Notes: generated from the sequence alone by a model not told the origin. A stretch of 64,000 nucleotides of DNA from Candidatus Binataceae bacterium (GCA_041491005.1 JBGPUE010000010.1:178-64177), one strand, 5' to 3'. Shown: positions 28,146-37,838, counted from the stretch's first letter. Program-made: numbers and translations.

Positions 28146-30722
28146 GTGCCCACCGAAATCGCAGAAGCCCAACCGGATCCCGTGTCGATCGAGGCGTTAT
28201 TCGAGCGCTGTCAAGTCACCGAGGCGGGCCTCTCGAGCGAAGAGGCTTCCCGCCGCCTCGTGCGATACGGCCCGAACGAACCAGTTCCGCTCCGCCGTGG
28301 TACCGCGATCACTCAGTTCATCCGGTTTTGCAGCAATCCGCTGGTCCTGATTCTCCTATCGGCGTGTGCTATTTCGGCCCTGGTCGGCCAGAGAATCGAT
28401 GCCGCGATCATTGCCGCGATGGTGGCAATCAGCATCGCGCTGAATTTCGTCCAGGCGTACCGGTCAGAACGCGCAGTGCTCCGCCTCCGTGAGCAGGTCG
28501 CACCGAGCGCAACCGCTCTGCGCAACGGACGGTACGTTGAGGTGCCCCGCCGCGCGATCGTGCCGGGAGATATCGTGCGGCTTGCCGCCGGCGATCTGGT
28601 ACCCGCTGACGCGCAGCTCATTCAGAGCCGCGATCTTCACCTTCAGCAGGCGGCGCTGACCGGAGAATCGATGCCGGTCGAAAAGTTCGCCATCGGGAGT
28701 GAACCCGTGGCAGACAAGTCGGCGAGCCTGATCTTTCTTGGCAGTTCGGTCGTTAGCGGCAGTGGCACAGCAGTAGTCATCGCCACGGGATCGGCCACGG
28801 CCTTCGGCGGCATCGCGGCCCGGCTGGCGGTCCGGCCGCCTGAGACCGAGTTCGATCGCGGCACGCGACAGTTCGGTTTCCTGATCATGAGGACGGTCTC
28901 TTTCCTCATCCTGTTCATCCTGCTGGTCAACCTGAGCGCGCATCGCAACGCACTCGAATCACTCCTTTTCGCAGTCGCTCTGGCAGTCGGGCTGACCCCT
29001 GAGTTCCTGCCGATGATCACGACGGTGACGCTCTCGATGGGCGCGGTGAGGATGGCGCGCAAGAAGGTGATCGTAAAGCACCTCATCGCGATCGAAGACT
29101 TCGGCAGTATCGATGTGCTGTGCAGCGACAAGACTGGCACGCTTACTACCGGCACGATGTCACTCGATCGTTCGCTCGACCCCTTCGGTCAGCCGTCGGA
29201 TCGTGCTCTATCGCTCGCCTATCTCAATAGCCGCTTCGAAACGGGCATCAAGAGTCCGCTTGATGCCGCGATATTGGCGAATCCGCGCGACGATGCAGAG
29301 CCTTACCAGAAGCTCGACGAAATCCCGTTTGACTTCGAGCGTCGCCGTCTTTCGATCCTGGCCGGAAGGAACGGCGCCCGTCTCCTTGTTACCAAGGGAG
29401 CGCCTGAGAGCGTCATCGGTGTCAGTGCATATTTCGAAGCTGGCGGAACTACGCATCCGCTGGAGGAAGAGCCACGACGCCGATGCGAAAAGACTTTCCG
29501 GGAGCTCAGCGCGCAGGGCTTTCGCGTGCTCGCGGTGGCGTGTCGCCAGATCGAGGGCCGTGATCGACTGGCGACGGACGATGAGCACGATCTCATCCTC
29601 ACCGGATTCCTAACCTTCTTCGATCCTCCAGTCGGAGATGCGTCAGAATCGCTTGCGGCGCTGCGACGGGACGGAGTGCAGGTAAAGATTCTGACCGGTG
29701 ACAATGAGCTGGTCACAAGGCATGTCTGCGAGCAGGTCGGGATAAAGGCTGAGCGGATCGTGCTCGGAGACGAGGTCCAGGGCATGAGCGACTCGGCATT
29801 GGGTCACGTCGCCGAACAGGTGGACGTCTTCGCGCGTGTGTCGCCGGCTCAGAAAAATCGGATCATTCAGGCTCTCAGGCAGCGCAGCCACGTGGTCGGC
29901 TTCCTGGGTGACGGCATCAATGACGCGCCCTCTCTGCACACCGCCGATGTCGGGATCTCAGTGGCCGGAGCTGTCGATGTAGCCAAGGATGCTGCCGATA
30001 TCATTTTGCTGGAGCACAATCTTCAGGTGCTCCACAGCGGCATCATCGAGGGCCGCAAGGCCTTCGGCAATGTTCTGAAGTATTTGCTGATGGGGACCAG
30101 TTCGAATTTCGGCAACATGTTCAGCATGGCGGCTGCGTCGGTCTTTTTACCATTCCTTCCGATGCTGCCGACCCAGATCCTGCTGAACAATTTCCTCTAT
30201 GATCTTGCCCAGGTGACGATTCCCACCGACAATGTCGACCCGCTGTACATCCGCAAGCCTCAACGCTGGGACATCACGATAATCCGCAACTTTATGCTGG
30301 TGATTGGTCCGATCAGTTCTATCTACGACTTCCTGACCTTCTACGTCCTGTTGAAGGTCTTTCACTCTTCCGAGCAGCTGTTTCACACCGGTTGGTTCGT
30401 CGAGTCGCTCGCGACGCAGACTCTGGTGCTTTTCGTGATCCGAACGGCGGGCGTCCCCTGGAGCAGTCTGCCCAGCCGGCCGCTGGCGGCGACGACCGTG
30501 TTGGTCGTCGTGATCGGCGTGTTGCTGCCGTTCTCTCCGCTCGCGCAGGCTTTGGGGTTTGTGCCCCTCCCCGGCCGCTACTTTGTCTTCCTGACAGTAG
30601 CGACGCTGACCTACCTGTGTCTGGTCGAAGTCGCGAAGCGCTGGCTCATGGGGCGGCTGCTGGCCAAGCCGGACCGGCGCGTCGGCCATCGTGTGCGCCG
30701 ACACTCTGGAGCCGTCGCATGA
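28146..30722 (+). CDS. mgtA: Magnesium-translocating P-type ATPase
   Basis: GTG start. Motifs 'DKTGTLTTG', 'TGDNELV' and 'GDGINDAPSL'. 858 aa with 10 predicted TM segments. Confidence 0.85.
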   Translation: MPTEIAEAQPDPVSIEALFERCQVTEAGLSSEEASRRLVRYGPNEPVPLRRGTAITQFIRFCSNPLVLILLSACAISALVGQRIDAAIIAAMVAISIALNFVQAYRSERAVLRLREQVAPSATALRNGRYVEVPRRAIVPGDIVRLAAGDLVPADAQLIQSRDLHLQQAALTGESMPVEKFAIGSEPVADKSASLIFLGSSVVSGSGTAVVIATGSATAFGGIAARLAVRPPETEFDRGTRQFGFLIMRTVSFLILFILLVNLSAHRNALESLLFAVALAVGLTPEFLPMITTVTLSMGAVRMARKKVIVKHLIAIEDFGSIDVLCSDKTGTLTTGTMSLDRSLDPFGQPSDRALSLAYLNSRFETGIKSPLDAAILANPRDDAEPYQKLDEIPFDFERRRLSILAGRNGARLLVTKGAPESVIGVSAYFEAGGTTHPLEEEPRRRCEKTFRELSAQGFRVLAVACRQIEGRDRLATDDEHDLILTGFLTFFDPPVGDASESLAALRRDGVQVKILTGDNELVTRHVCEQVGIKAERIVLGDEVQGMSDSALGHVAEQVDVFARVSPAQKNRIIQALRQRSHVVGFLGDGINDAPSLHTADVGISVAGAVDVAKDAADIILLEHNLQVLHSGIIEGRKAFGNVLKYLLMGTSSNFGNMFSMAAASVFLPFLPMLPTQILLNNFLYDLAQVTIPTDNVDPLYIRKPQRWDITIIRNFMLVIGPISSIYDFLTFYVLLKVFHSSEQLFHTGWFVESLATQTLVLFVIRTAGVPWSSLPSRPLAATTVLVVVIGVLLPFSPLAQALGFVPLPGRYFVFLTVATLTYLCLVEVAKRWLMGRLLAKPDRRVGHRVRRHSGAVA

Positions 30723-30782
30723 CGGTGTTACCGATCGGGCCGCTCGAGAAATGACGCAAAGCAGCGGCCAGGATCCGCGGCA

Positions 30783-31940
30783 TCATTGTAGACGAAACCG
30801 CGCGTACTGCTCCGCAGAGCTGTCGAAATCGATGCTCGCGTGCTGTGCGCCAACATTGATGTTTCGGAACGCAGCCTGCAACGCGCTGGGATCGTAGACC
30901 GCATGCGCGCCCGAGCCGGTAAACATCCTAACGACCGCGCGCCGGCATAGCTCCGCGGCGTATGCCGCGTGCCATTTGGCACGCACGCGTCCTTCGGTAC
31001 CGGCGGGATCCGCGCTGCCCATCAGCTGGTCGAATTCGGCGAACGTCTCTTGAAGGAGCAACTCGGCCGACTCGATTTCCGCAGCCGCTTCCGCCAATCG
31101 GACCTGAGTCGGTCCATGTTCGGCCTTCGAGGCGCCGGTCAGGATAACCTTGCGCTCGCGCGTCCGGTTGACGAACTGTTCGAGTGCGAATTTGGCGGAT
31201 CCCAGAACAGCGGTCGCGACCGAAACCGACAGGATGGCCTCCGCGGACAGCCGGTACACCGAGGTCGCGTGATTCTTACTGTGCGGGCTCTCACCGCGAA
31301 ACATGATTCGCGTATCGATCGCGCGATGAGCCGGGACCAGGATGCCGCGGGCTACGACGTCCTTGCTGCCGGTCCCCCGCAGACCCATCACATGCCAGGT
31401 GTCGTCGACCTCGATCTCGTGTCGCGGAACGACCACATGCACCAACGGTCCATGCGTCGACGAGTCCGCACAGCCAAGCATCACCCATTGCGCATTGTCC
31501 ACGCCACTGCAGAACTCCCATCGGCCGTCGACCCGGTAGCCGTCGCCTTCCTGCATCGCCGCGCCCTGCCAAGAGAGAGTTCCTGCGACCAACCCGTCAC
31601 GGCCCGCTCCGAATACTTCGTCCTGGGCGCCTTCCGGGAAAGATCCGAGACACCAGTGATGCGCCTCCATCACCATCAGCACCCACCCGCTCGATGGACA
31701 AGCCTGCGAGATGAGCGTGACAGCGTTCCCCAGTGTTCGGAGATTCATTTCGAAGCCGCCGGTGCGCGCGGGTTGTGAGATGCGAAACATACCGGCGGAG
31801 ATCATCGCCTCCATGCTTTCAGGGATGACACGCCGGGCCGCATCGCAAGCCTGGGCGTTGCGGGCAAGCGTTGGCGAGATAGCTGATACGCGCCGCATTA
31901 TTTCGCCGTGGTCGATCCGCATCTGCTCTTCACTCGGCAT
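30783..31940 (-). CDS. Acyl-CoA dehydrogenase-fold flavin-dependent monooxygenase family protein
   Basis: 385 aa with ACAD N/M/C domain order. C-terminal four-helix region 'AAYAAELCRRAVVRMFTGSGAHAVYD'. Confidence 0.6.
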   Translation of the reverse strand: MPSEEQMRIDHGEIMRRVSAISPTLARNAQACDAARRVIPESMEAMISAGMFRISQPARTGGFEMNLRTLGNAVTLISQACPSSGWVLMVMEAHHWCLGSFPEGAQDEVFGAGRDGLVAGTLSWQGAAMQEGDGYRVDGRWEFCSGVDNAQWVMLGCADSSTHGPLVHVVVPRHEIEVDDTWHVMGLRGTGSKDVVARGILVPAHRAIDTRIMFRGESPHSKNHATSVYRLSAEAILSVSVATAVLGSAKFALEQFVNRTRERKVILTGASKAEHGPTQVRLAEAAAEIESAELLLQETFAEFDQLMGSADPAGTEGRVRAKWHAAYAAELCRRAVVRMFTGSGAHAVYDPSALQAAFRNINVGAQHASIDFDSSAEQYARFRLQ

Positions 31941-32115
31941 CTGCTTGGCAGTTCAACGGATTCTATCGTCGCCGGTTCGTTTGATCGAGCGGCGTTTCAG
32001 AATATCGATTCCGCGAAGTTCTGCGCAGCCGCGCAGCCCGATATTTCGAGCGAGAGTTACCCGATTCGCACACTTTAATGAGTCCTCTTAGAGGAAGGTC
32101 CCCGAAGGGCCGCTT

Positions 32116-33054
32116 CTACGCGTGGACGATTAGATCGGCGAGCGATCGATCGCTATGCAGGCGGTCGATTGCGTCCGCGAGCAGTGGTGCGAGGCTGACG
32201 CGCTGGACCGGGACAACCGCCGGGTCGGGCCCCCTCACGCTGTCGGTATAAAATAGTCGCTTTATGGGTAGTCCGCGCAGGCGCTCGATGGCCGGCCCGA
32301 CGAACAACCCATGGGTGCATACCACCGTGATCTGCGGATCGCATCCCGCCGCGAGCAGGGCGTTGATTGCCGCTTCGATCGTCCCCGCCGTCGTGATCAT
32401 GTCGTCGACGATCAGCGGCGCGAGTCCGCGCACGTCGCCCACCACGCCCCGCGCTTCGACCCGCTCTCCGCTCAGACGGCGCTTGTAGACCACCGCGGTC
32501 GGCGCGTGAAGAGTCCGGGCGTAGCGCTCAGCGAGCTTTACGCCGCCAAGGTCGGGGCTGACGATAACGGTTCGTGACCCGGCTACGGCGCTGATCGCGG
32601 GCACCAGAATCGGCAATGCAGCGAGATGCTCCAGCGGAACGGGAAAGAAACCCTCCAGCGACGTCATATGAAGGTCGACGGCGACGATCCGGCTGACGCC
32701 GACAGTCGCAATCAGATCCGCCGCGATTCGCGCACCGACCGGGCCGCGGCCCGTCGCCCGTCGATCCTGGCGCGCATACCCGAAGTACGGGATGATCGCC
32801 GTCATCCTTTCTGCGCCTGCCCGCCGGCAGGCATCGGCGAGGAAGATTAACTCGAGCAGATGTTCGTCGACGGGCGGCCCCGTAGGCTGCACAAGATAGA
32901 CATCCTGCCCACGCACACTCTGCTCGAGCTCGATGTTGAGCTCGCTGTCGGGAAACCGGCCCACGATGCGCCCCCCCAGCGGGACGCCGAGTCGGTCGGC
33001 GATTGACTCTGCAAGCGGGAGGTTGGCCGATCCGGCAAGGATAGTCAGGTTCAT
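32116..33054 (-). CDS. prs: Ribose-phosphate pyrophosphokinase
   Basis: Sequence 'MNLTILAGSANLPLAESIADRLG...DVYLVQP...IVSPDLGGVKLAERYA...DDMITTAGT'. Confidence 0.9.
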   Translation of the reverse strand: MNLTILAGSANLPLAESIADRLGVPLGGRIVGRFPDSELNIELEQSVRGQDVYLVQPTGPPVDEHLLELIFLADACRRAGAERMTAIIPYFGYARQDRRATGRGPVGARIAADLIATVGVSRIVAVDLHMTSLEGFFPVPLEHLAALPILVPAISAVAGSRTVIVSPDLGGVKLAERYARTLHAPTAVVYKRRLSGERVEARGVVGDVRGLAPLIVDDMITTAGTIEAAINALLAAGCDPQITVVCTHGLFVGPAIERLRGLPIKRLFYTDSVRGPDPAVVPVQRVSLAPLLADAIDRLHSDRSLADLIVHA

Positions 33055-33191
33055 TGTGCTCTTCCTGCATTCCCGATTCTGCATCGAGAACGTGACGAGC
33101 AATGCTTGCCGCGCCGCGCGGTGACGCTGTCATCGAGCCTAGGCGAGCCAGTGCGGCTGGGCAACTGCACCTCCTCTATCTGAACCGCATG

Positions 33192-33980
33192 CTATTTCGC
33201 CAACGCTTGGCCTTCTTTGGCGGCGCCCGTGCAGCGGAGGGCACACTTGTCGGGGACCGGCCAAAGGCCCGGCGCGTTCGGCTCTATGCGCTCGCCCAGT
33301 GCAATCAGAAAAGGACCTGAAAGTAGATAGCCGGTAGCGAAGAGAAATGCTGCGAGCTGGGGTAAGGCCACTAGAACGCTCAAGGTGACGATCATCGCGA
33401 TCATCGTTGGAAGCGATAGGCGCCGAAGGTTGAGTGATTTGAAGCTCGGATATGGAACGCGTGAAACCATCAGGCCCCCCAAAATCAATGTCAATCCAGC
33501 GATCACTGCACATAGTGTGCGGGGCGCGGTGATCTCGAAGTATTGGTATGCGAGCACGACGCCCGCGACCATTGCGGCGGCAGCGGGAACGGGCAGACCG
33601 ACGAAGCGGCTCTTGTCGACACTACCTGCCTGGATATTGAAGCGCGCGAGGCGCAGCGCCGCACACACGACATAGAGGCCGCAAATCGTCGCGCCCCATA
33701 CACCCAGTGGCTCGAGCGCCCAGGTATAGACGAGCACTGCGGGCGCCACGCCGAAGGCCGTTACATCGGAAAGGCTGTCAAATTCCACTCCAATGGCGCT
33801 GGTGGTGCGCAGGGCGCGAGCTATCGACCCATCGAGCCAGTCGAACACAACCGCGATTTCGGTCATGAGCGCGGCGCGTCCGTAATGACCATGAACGGCG
33901 AAGACCAGCGAGAAGAAACCAATCAAAAGTCCAAGCGAAGTAGTCGCTTCAGGTAGCAGCGCGCTCATAAGCGAGGTCAT
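33192..33980 (-). CDS. pssA: CDP-diacylglycerol--serine O-phosphatidyltransferase (CDP-alcohol phosphatidyltransferase family)
   Basis: CDP-OH-P motif 'DWLDGSIARALRTTSAIGVEFDSLSD' (D-G-x2-A-R...G-x3-D-x3-D). Start placed at 'MTSLMSALL'. Confidence 0.75.
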   Translation of the reverse strand: MTSLMSALLPEATTSLGLLIGFFSLVFAVHGHYGRAALMTEIAVVFDWLDGSIARALRTTSAIGVEFDSLSDVTAFGVAPAVLVYTWALEPLGVWGATICGLYVVCAALRLARFNIQAGSVDKSRFVGLPVPAAAAMVAGVVLAYQYFEITAPRTLCAVIAGLTLILGGLMVSRVPYPSFKSLNLRRLSLPTMIAMIVTLSVLVALPQLAAFLFATGYLLSGPFLIALGERIEPNAPGLWPVPDKCALRCTGAAKEGQALAK

Positions 33981-34110
33981 CTCGCTGCGCGCCTCCTGTC
34001 TGGGAGATGCAGGTCGCACGGCGTCCCTTTTACAACCGTCCACAGCCTGATTTCTCCGGTATCTCGAACGATTCCGGTGCGAGAAATCGCGTTTGCAAGG
34101 TTATCGCCGG

Positions 34111-34644
34111 CTAGTCAGCCAACGTGACGGTGCTGGCCTGCGGACCCTTCTCGCCCTCTTCTTCGGCGAAGCGGACATGACTGCCGACTTCGAGACGCTC
34201 GAAGCCGGGCGCCAGCACGCTGTTGCGATGGAAGTAGATCTCGCGACCGTCGGGCGTCTCGAGGAATCCGTAGCCGTCATCGCTGAAGAGCCTCGCGACG
34301 CGCGCCAAGGCCGGCCCTTCGTGGCTCTTAACCGCGCCGCGCACCTCGCGCACGTGGTCTTCAAGCCGCCGCCGGGCCGCGTCGAAGGCCTCGCGGATCG
34401 CCGTCATGAGTTCCTCGTCGGACTGATGGCTAATCGCGAGTTCGCCCCTCGGGACCTTCAGGTCGATTCGAATCTTGAACGGACCGCCCCGGCGGTGATG
34501 GCGCACCGGAGCTTCGACCGCGATGCGGCATCCGCTGATTTGGGGATCAAACTGTTCGAGCTTCGCAGCCCTGCGCCGAAGCTCAGCCTCTTCTGCCTCG
34601 GTCAACTGAAAGTTACGCGCTGTGATTTGAACCGGATATTCCAC
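34111..34644 (-). CDS. hpf: Ribosome hibernation factor (HPF/RaiA/YfiA-fold N-domain) fused to a C-terminal cold-shock domain
   Basis: N-terminal 'ITARNFQLTEAEEAELRRRAAKLEQFDPQISGCRIAVEAPV...FKIRIDLKVPRGEL'. C-terminal CSD with RNP-like 'DGYGFLETPDGREIYFH' and 'EGEKGPQAS'. GTG start at 34644. Confidence 0.65.
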   Translation of the reverse strand: MEYPVQITARNFQLTEAEEAELRRRAAKLEQFDPQISGCRIAVEAPVRHHRRGGPFKIRIDLKVPRGELAISHQSDEELMTAIREAFDAARRRLEDHVREVRGAVKSHEGPALARVARLFSDDGYGFLETPDGREIYFHRNSVLAPGFERLEVGSHVRFAEEEGEKGPQASTVTLAD

Positions 34645-34671
34645 GTCGTTCCTCTCTTAGCCGAGCTTTCC

Positions 34672-34686
34672 GCAATCCCTGTGCCA
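34672..34686 (-). promoter_or_regulatory. Near-consensus sigma-54 promoter (TGGCAC-N5-TTGC) directed into hpf
   Basis: Minus strand 5'-TGGCACAGGGATTGCGG-3'. Then 'AAAGCTCGGCTAAGAGAGGAACGAC' runs to the GTG. Predicted TSS is about 16 nt upstream of the start. Confidence 0.5.
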
Positions 34687-34725
34687 CCAGTCACGAACGC
34701 CAGCTTGGCCGAATCGGCGGCCGTT

Positions 34726-34776
34726 GTGTCACCAAGAGAGACACGCGTGACCCCGTTGGGCGCAAACTTTGAAGTG
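34726..34776. promoter_or_regulatory. Cluster of GTGAC/GTCAC half-sites including inverted repeat GTGTC-N9-GACAC between the divergent hpf and archease promoters (candidate enhancer/UAS)
   Basis: Sites 'GTGTCACCAAGAGAGACAC' (34726-34744), 'GTGAC' at 34746 and 34772, 'GTCAC' at 34688 and 34867. Confidence 0.25.
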
Positions 34777-34826
34777 ACGGGCGTGGCGGTTGGCGGCCGA
34801 CCCTTCTGACGCACGATCGGCGTTCA

Positions 34827-34842
34827 CGGCGCACGTCTTGCA
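34827..34842 (+). promoter_or_regulatory. Candidate sigma-54 promoter upstream of archease-rtcB
   Basis: Sequence 'cGGCGCACGTCTTGCAag', GG-N10-GC with perfect -12 'TTGCA'. It ends about 36 nt upstream of the archease ATG. E. coli rtcBA is sigma-54 dependent. Confidence 0.4.
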
Positions 34843-34877
34843 AGTTGGCCTGATCGGGCTAGGCTCGTCACAGATCG

Positions 34878-35300
34878 ATGCCCAGCGACGAATTCTACCG
34901 TGAGATCGAGCACACCGGGGATGCGGGTGTCGAGCTCGTCGCCACGTCGCGCGCTGAACTGTTCCGCAGGGCCGCGATCGCGATCGCGCGGCTGATGGTG
35001 GCGCCCGAGGGCGTCCGCCCGATCGAGCGGCGCGAGGTGCGGGTCAGTGCAGTGAGCGATGCCGACCTGATGCACGACCTGCTCGCGGCGTTGCTCAACT
35101 TGTTCCTGGTTGAAGGGTTCATTTGGTGCGATGCGGTGGTGAATGAAGACGGCGATTCAGTGCGCGCGGACGTAGTCGGCGAACGCTATGATCCCGCGCG
35201 CCACGAGCTGCGCACCGAGATCAAAGCCGTGACCTACCATCAGCTGTCGGTCGAGCGCGTGGGAGATCGCTGGCAGGCGCAGGTGATTTTCGACATCTAG
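34878..35300 (+). CDS. Archease (RtcB activator)
   Basis: Sequence 'YREIEHTGDAGVELVATS...' is an archease signature. It lies immediately upstream of rtcB. Confidence 0.8.
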   Translation: MPSDEFYREIEHTGDAGVELVATSRAELFRRAAIAIARLMVAPEGVRPIERREVRVSAVSDADLMHDLLAALLNLFLVEGFIWCDAVVNEDGDSVRADVVGERYDPARHELRTEIKAVTYHQLSVERVGDRWQAQVIFDI

Positions 35301-35359
35301 GCTGCCCCGCGCGCAATCGTGCGAAGCGCGGCCGTCGAACGCGTCGGCGGTATCCGGTT

Positions 35360-36796
35360 ATGGAACTCCAGAAGATCAGCGACTTTCTATGGGAAATCCC
35401 GCGCCATGGAGCGATGCGCGTGCCGGGGCGGATTTACGCCAGCCAGCAGATGATCGACGAACTCCGCGATGATCCAGCGCTGACGCAGGTCGCGAACGTC
35501 GCGTGCCTGCCCGGCATCGTCGGCTACTCGCTCGCGATGCCCGATATCCATTGGGGCTACGGATTTCCGATTGGCGGTGTTGCCGCGACCGATGCCGACG
35601 AAGGAGTGATTTCACCCGGCGGTGTCGGCTACGACATCAACTGCGGCGTGCGGCTGATCAAGACCAACCTCGAGTACACGGCCATCGCGGACAAAGTTGA
35701 TCGTCTGGCTGACGCGCTCTTCGATGCTGTGCCCGCGGGCGTTGGCTCCAGCGGCGCGATTCCCGGCCTCGCGACCGACGAGCTCAAACGTCTGCTCGGC
35801 TCCGGCGCCGTATGGGCGATGAACCACGGCTACGCTTCGATGGATGATCTCGAGCACACCGAAGAGAGCGGCCGGCTCGAGATGGCTGACCCATCGGCCG
35901 TCAGCGAGATGGCGCTCAGGCGCGGGCGCATCCAGCTCGGCACACTCGGCTCGGGCAATCACTTCCTCGAATGCGACCGTGTCGATCAGATCTACGACCC
36001 CGACATCGCGCGCGCCTTCGGCCTCGAGCTCGGCCAAGTGACTGTGATTATCCATTCAGGCTCGCGCGGACTGGGCCATCAGATCTGCGACGACCATTTG
36101 CGCGTGATCGGCAAGGCGATGAGCGGTTACGGGATCACTCTACCCGACCGCCAACTCGCCTCGGTGCCGATCCGCTCGCCGGAGGGTCGTGCCTACCTGG
36201 GCGCGATGGCGGCGGCGGCCAACTTCGCCTGGTGCAACCGGCAGATCATGATGCATCTGGCCGAGCGCGCCTTCATGGAGACGCTGGGCACAGGGCCGCG
36301 CGAAGTCGGCTTCTCGTTGCTGTACGACGTTTGCCATAACATCGCCAAGTTCGAGCGCCATGTGGTGGGCGGTGTCGAACGGCGCGTATGTGTGCATCGC
36401 AAAGGTGCAACGCGCGCCTTCGGCCCAGGCCATCCGGCGCTGCCCATCGCCTTTCGAATGATCGGGCAGCCAGTGCTGATCCCCGGTGACATGGGCCGCT
36501 ATTCGTATGTGCTGGTGGGACGCGAACGTGCGATGGCCGAGACCTTCGGTTCGACCTGTCACGGCGCTGGGCGCTTAATGAGCCGCGCCGAAGCCAAGCG
36601 CCGGGCGCGCGGCCGCGACCTACTGGCGGAATTGCGGGAGGCCGGCGTGACGATCAGGTACCAAGGCCGTTCGACAGTCGCGGAGGAAATGCCGGCCGCT
36701 TACAAGGATGTCGCAGACGTGGTCGGAGTGATGGAAGCGGCTGGCGTCAGCAAGCGAGTGGCGCGGCTCAAACCCTTCGCCGTAATAAAGGGTTGA
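35360..36796 (+). CDS. rtcB: RNA-splicing ligase RtcB (3'-phosphate/5'-OH RNA ligase)
   Basis: Motifs 'GYDINCGVR', 'GSGNHFLE', 'HSGSRGLGHQ' and 'STCHGAGR'. Confidence 0.95.
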   Translation: MELQKISDFLWEIPRHGAMRVPGRIYASQQMIDELRDDPALTQVANVACLPGIVGYSLAMPDIHWGYGFPIGGVAATDADEGVISPGGVGYDINCGVRLIKTNLEYTAIADKVDRLADALFDAVPAGVGSSGAIPGLATDELKRLLGSGAVWAMNHGYASMDDLEHTEESGRLEMADPSAVSEMALRRGRIQLGTLGSGNHFLECDRVDQIYDPDIARAFGLELGQVTVIIHSGSRGLGHQICDDHLRVIGKAMSGYGITLPDRQLASVPIRSPEGRAYLGAMAAAANFAWCNRQIMMHLAERAFMETLGTGPREVGFSLLYDVCHNIAKFERHVVGGVERRVCVHRKGATRAFGPGHPALPIAFRMIGQPVLIPGDMGRYSYVLVGRERAMAETFGSTCHGAGRLMSRAEAKRRARGRDLLAELREAGVTIRYQGRSTVAEEMPAAYKDVADVVGVMEAAGVSKRVARLKPFAVIKG

Positions 36797-37132
36797 TGCC
36801 GCGTCCATCGGCCTAGCCACCGCTATTGACGTTATTGAGTCCTACGAGTGTGTCAGGCGATGCGCCGAGCGCTCTGGATGCCGTAAGCGTCAGCCGCGTC
36901 GCCGCAGTGCGCGATTACGCGACGCGAATCTGCCTGATTGGCGCTGCTGCATCTAACGGAGTCATTGGTTCCCGGCTGACCCTCCTTACGAAAGCACCCA
37001 TCTCCGACATACTCTGTCTTTCGACATGGCGTTCCAATTCATAAGCAGCGATGGTGCGATTCGCTGGACTTAGACGCGAGCATCGGCGCATCCAGTTGAT
37101 TGTGCGGGGCTGAATACCTCCGCCTGTTTGTG

Positions 37133-37148
37133 CGGCAGGAGAATTGCT
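37133..37148 (+). promoter_or_regulatory. Candidate sigma-54 promoter upstream of the first usp gene
   Basis: Sequence 'cGGCAGGAGAATTGCTca'. GG at 37134-35, GC at 37146-47. It lies about 25 nt upstream of the ATG at 37173. Confidence 0.3.
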
Positions 37149-37172
37149 CAGGGCTCATGCAATAAGTCGGCG

Positions 37173-37583
37173 ATGAGACTGCTGTTCCGAAAGATTCTTT
37201 GTCCTATCGATTTCGACCGCATCGCGATCGGAGCAATCCAACTCGCGCGCGAGCTAGCCGGGCGAGACGGCGGCCTCGTCTACCTCTTGTGCGTCGTCCC
37301 CAAAGACCGGACTCGTCTGAAAGCCGACTTGGAGCAGGTCGCACACAACAGCTTGCGCGGGATTGGCCGCAAATGGTTCGAGGGAAAAGCGCCGTACGAG
37401 ATCCTCGTTCGCGCCGGCCGGCCAGCGCGGGCGGTGCTTGATGCGGCGGAGGAACTCGGCGTTGACGTCGTGGTGATGGCAACTCATGGGCGAACAGGAA
37501 CCAGGCGTGTGCGTCTGGGCAGCGTTACCGAGGAAGTGGTTCGGCAGTCGACACGACCGGTGGTGACAATCAGGCCAACGTAG
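37173..37583 (+). CDS. Universal stress protein (UspA family)
   Basis: N-terminus 'MRLLFRKILCPIDF' aligns with paralogue 'MSKLFNRILCPIAF'. C-terminal 'VVMATHGRTGTRRVRLGSVTEEVVRQSTRPVVTIRP'. Confidence 0.8.
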   Translation: MRLLFRKILCPIDFDRIAIGAIQLARELAGRDGGLVYLLCVVPKDRTRLKADLEQVAHNSLRGIGRKWFEGKAPYEILVRAGRPARAVLDAAEELGVDVVVMATHGRTGTRRVRLGSVTEEVVRQSTRPVVTIRPT

Positions 37584-37637
37584 GGCTTGGCCTGCTTCGT
37601 CGATCTTAACGCGCCAAATCGAGGAGGACATCGCACA

Positions 37638-37838
37638 ATGAGCAGATACAATTGGGACGAAATCAACCGCACGGTTGAGGACTTAACCAAGCGTTACAAC
37701 ATCGCAGCGGTCGACAGCGTGACCGTCGGTGGAAATAGCGATGGAGTCGAGTTGACGCTCACCTCGCTGACCCCCGAGCAAGCCGAGCAGATCTTCAGGC
37801 TCATCGGGCTCAAGCAAGTCGAGCTCACAGTGCTCTGA
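37638..37838 (+). CDS. Small hypothetical protein (66 aa) with strong Shine-Dalgarno
   Basis: Sequence 'cgaGGAGGAcatcgcacaATG'. Product 'MSRYNWDEINRTVEDLTKRYNIAAVDSVTVGGNSDGVELTLTSLTPEQAEQIFRLIGLKQVELTVL'. Confidence 0.35.
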   Translation: MSRYNWDEINRTVEDLTKRYNIAAVDSVTVGGNSDGVELTLTSLTPEQAEQIFRLIGLKQVELTVL

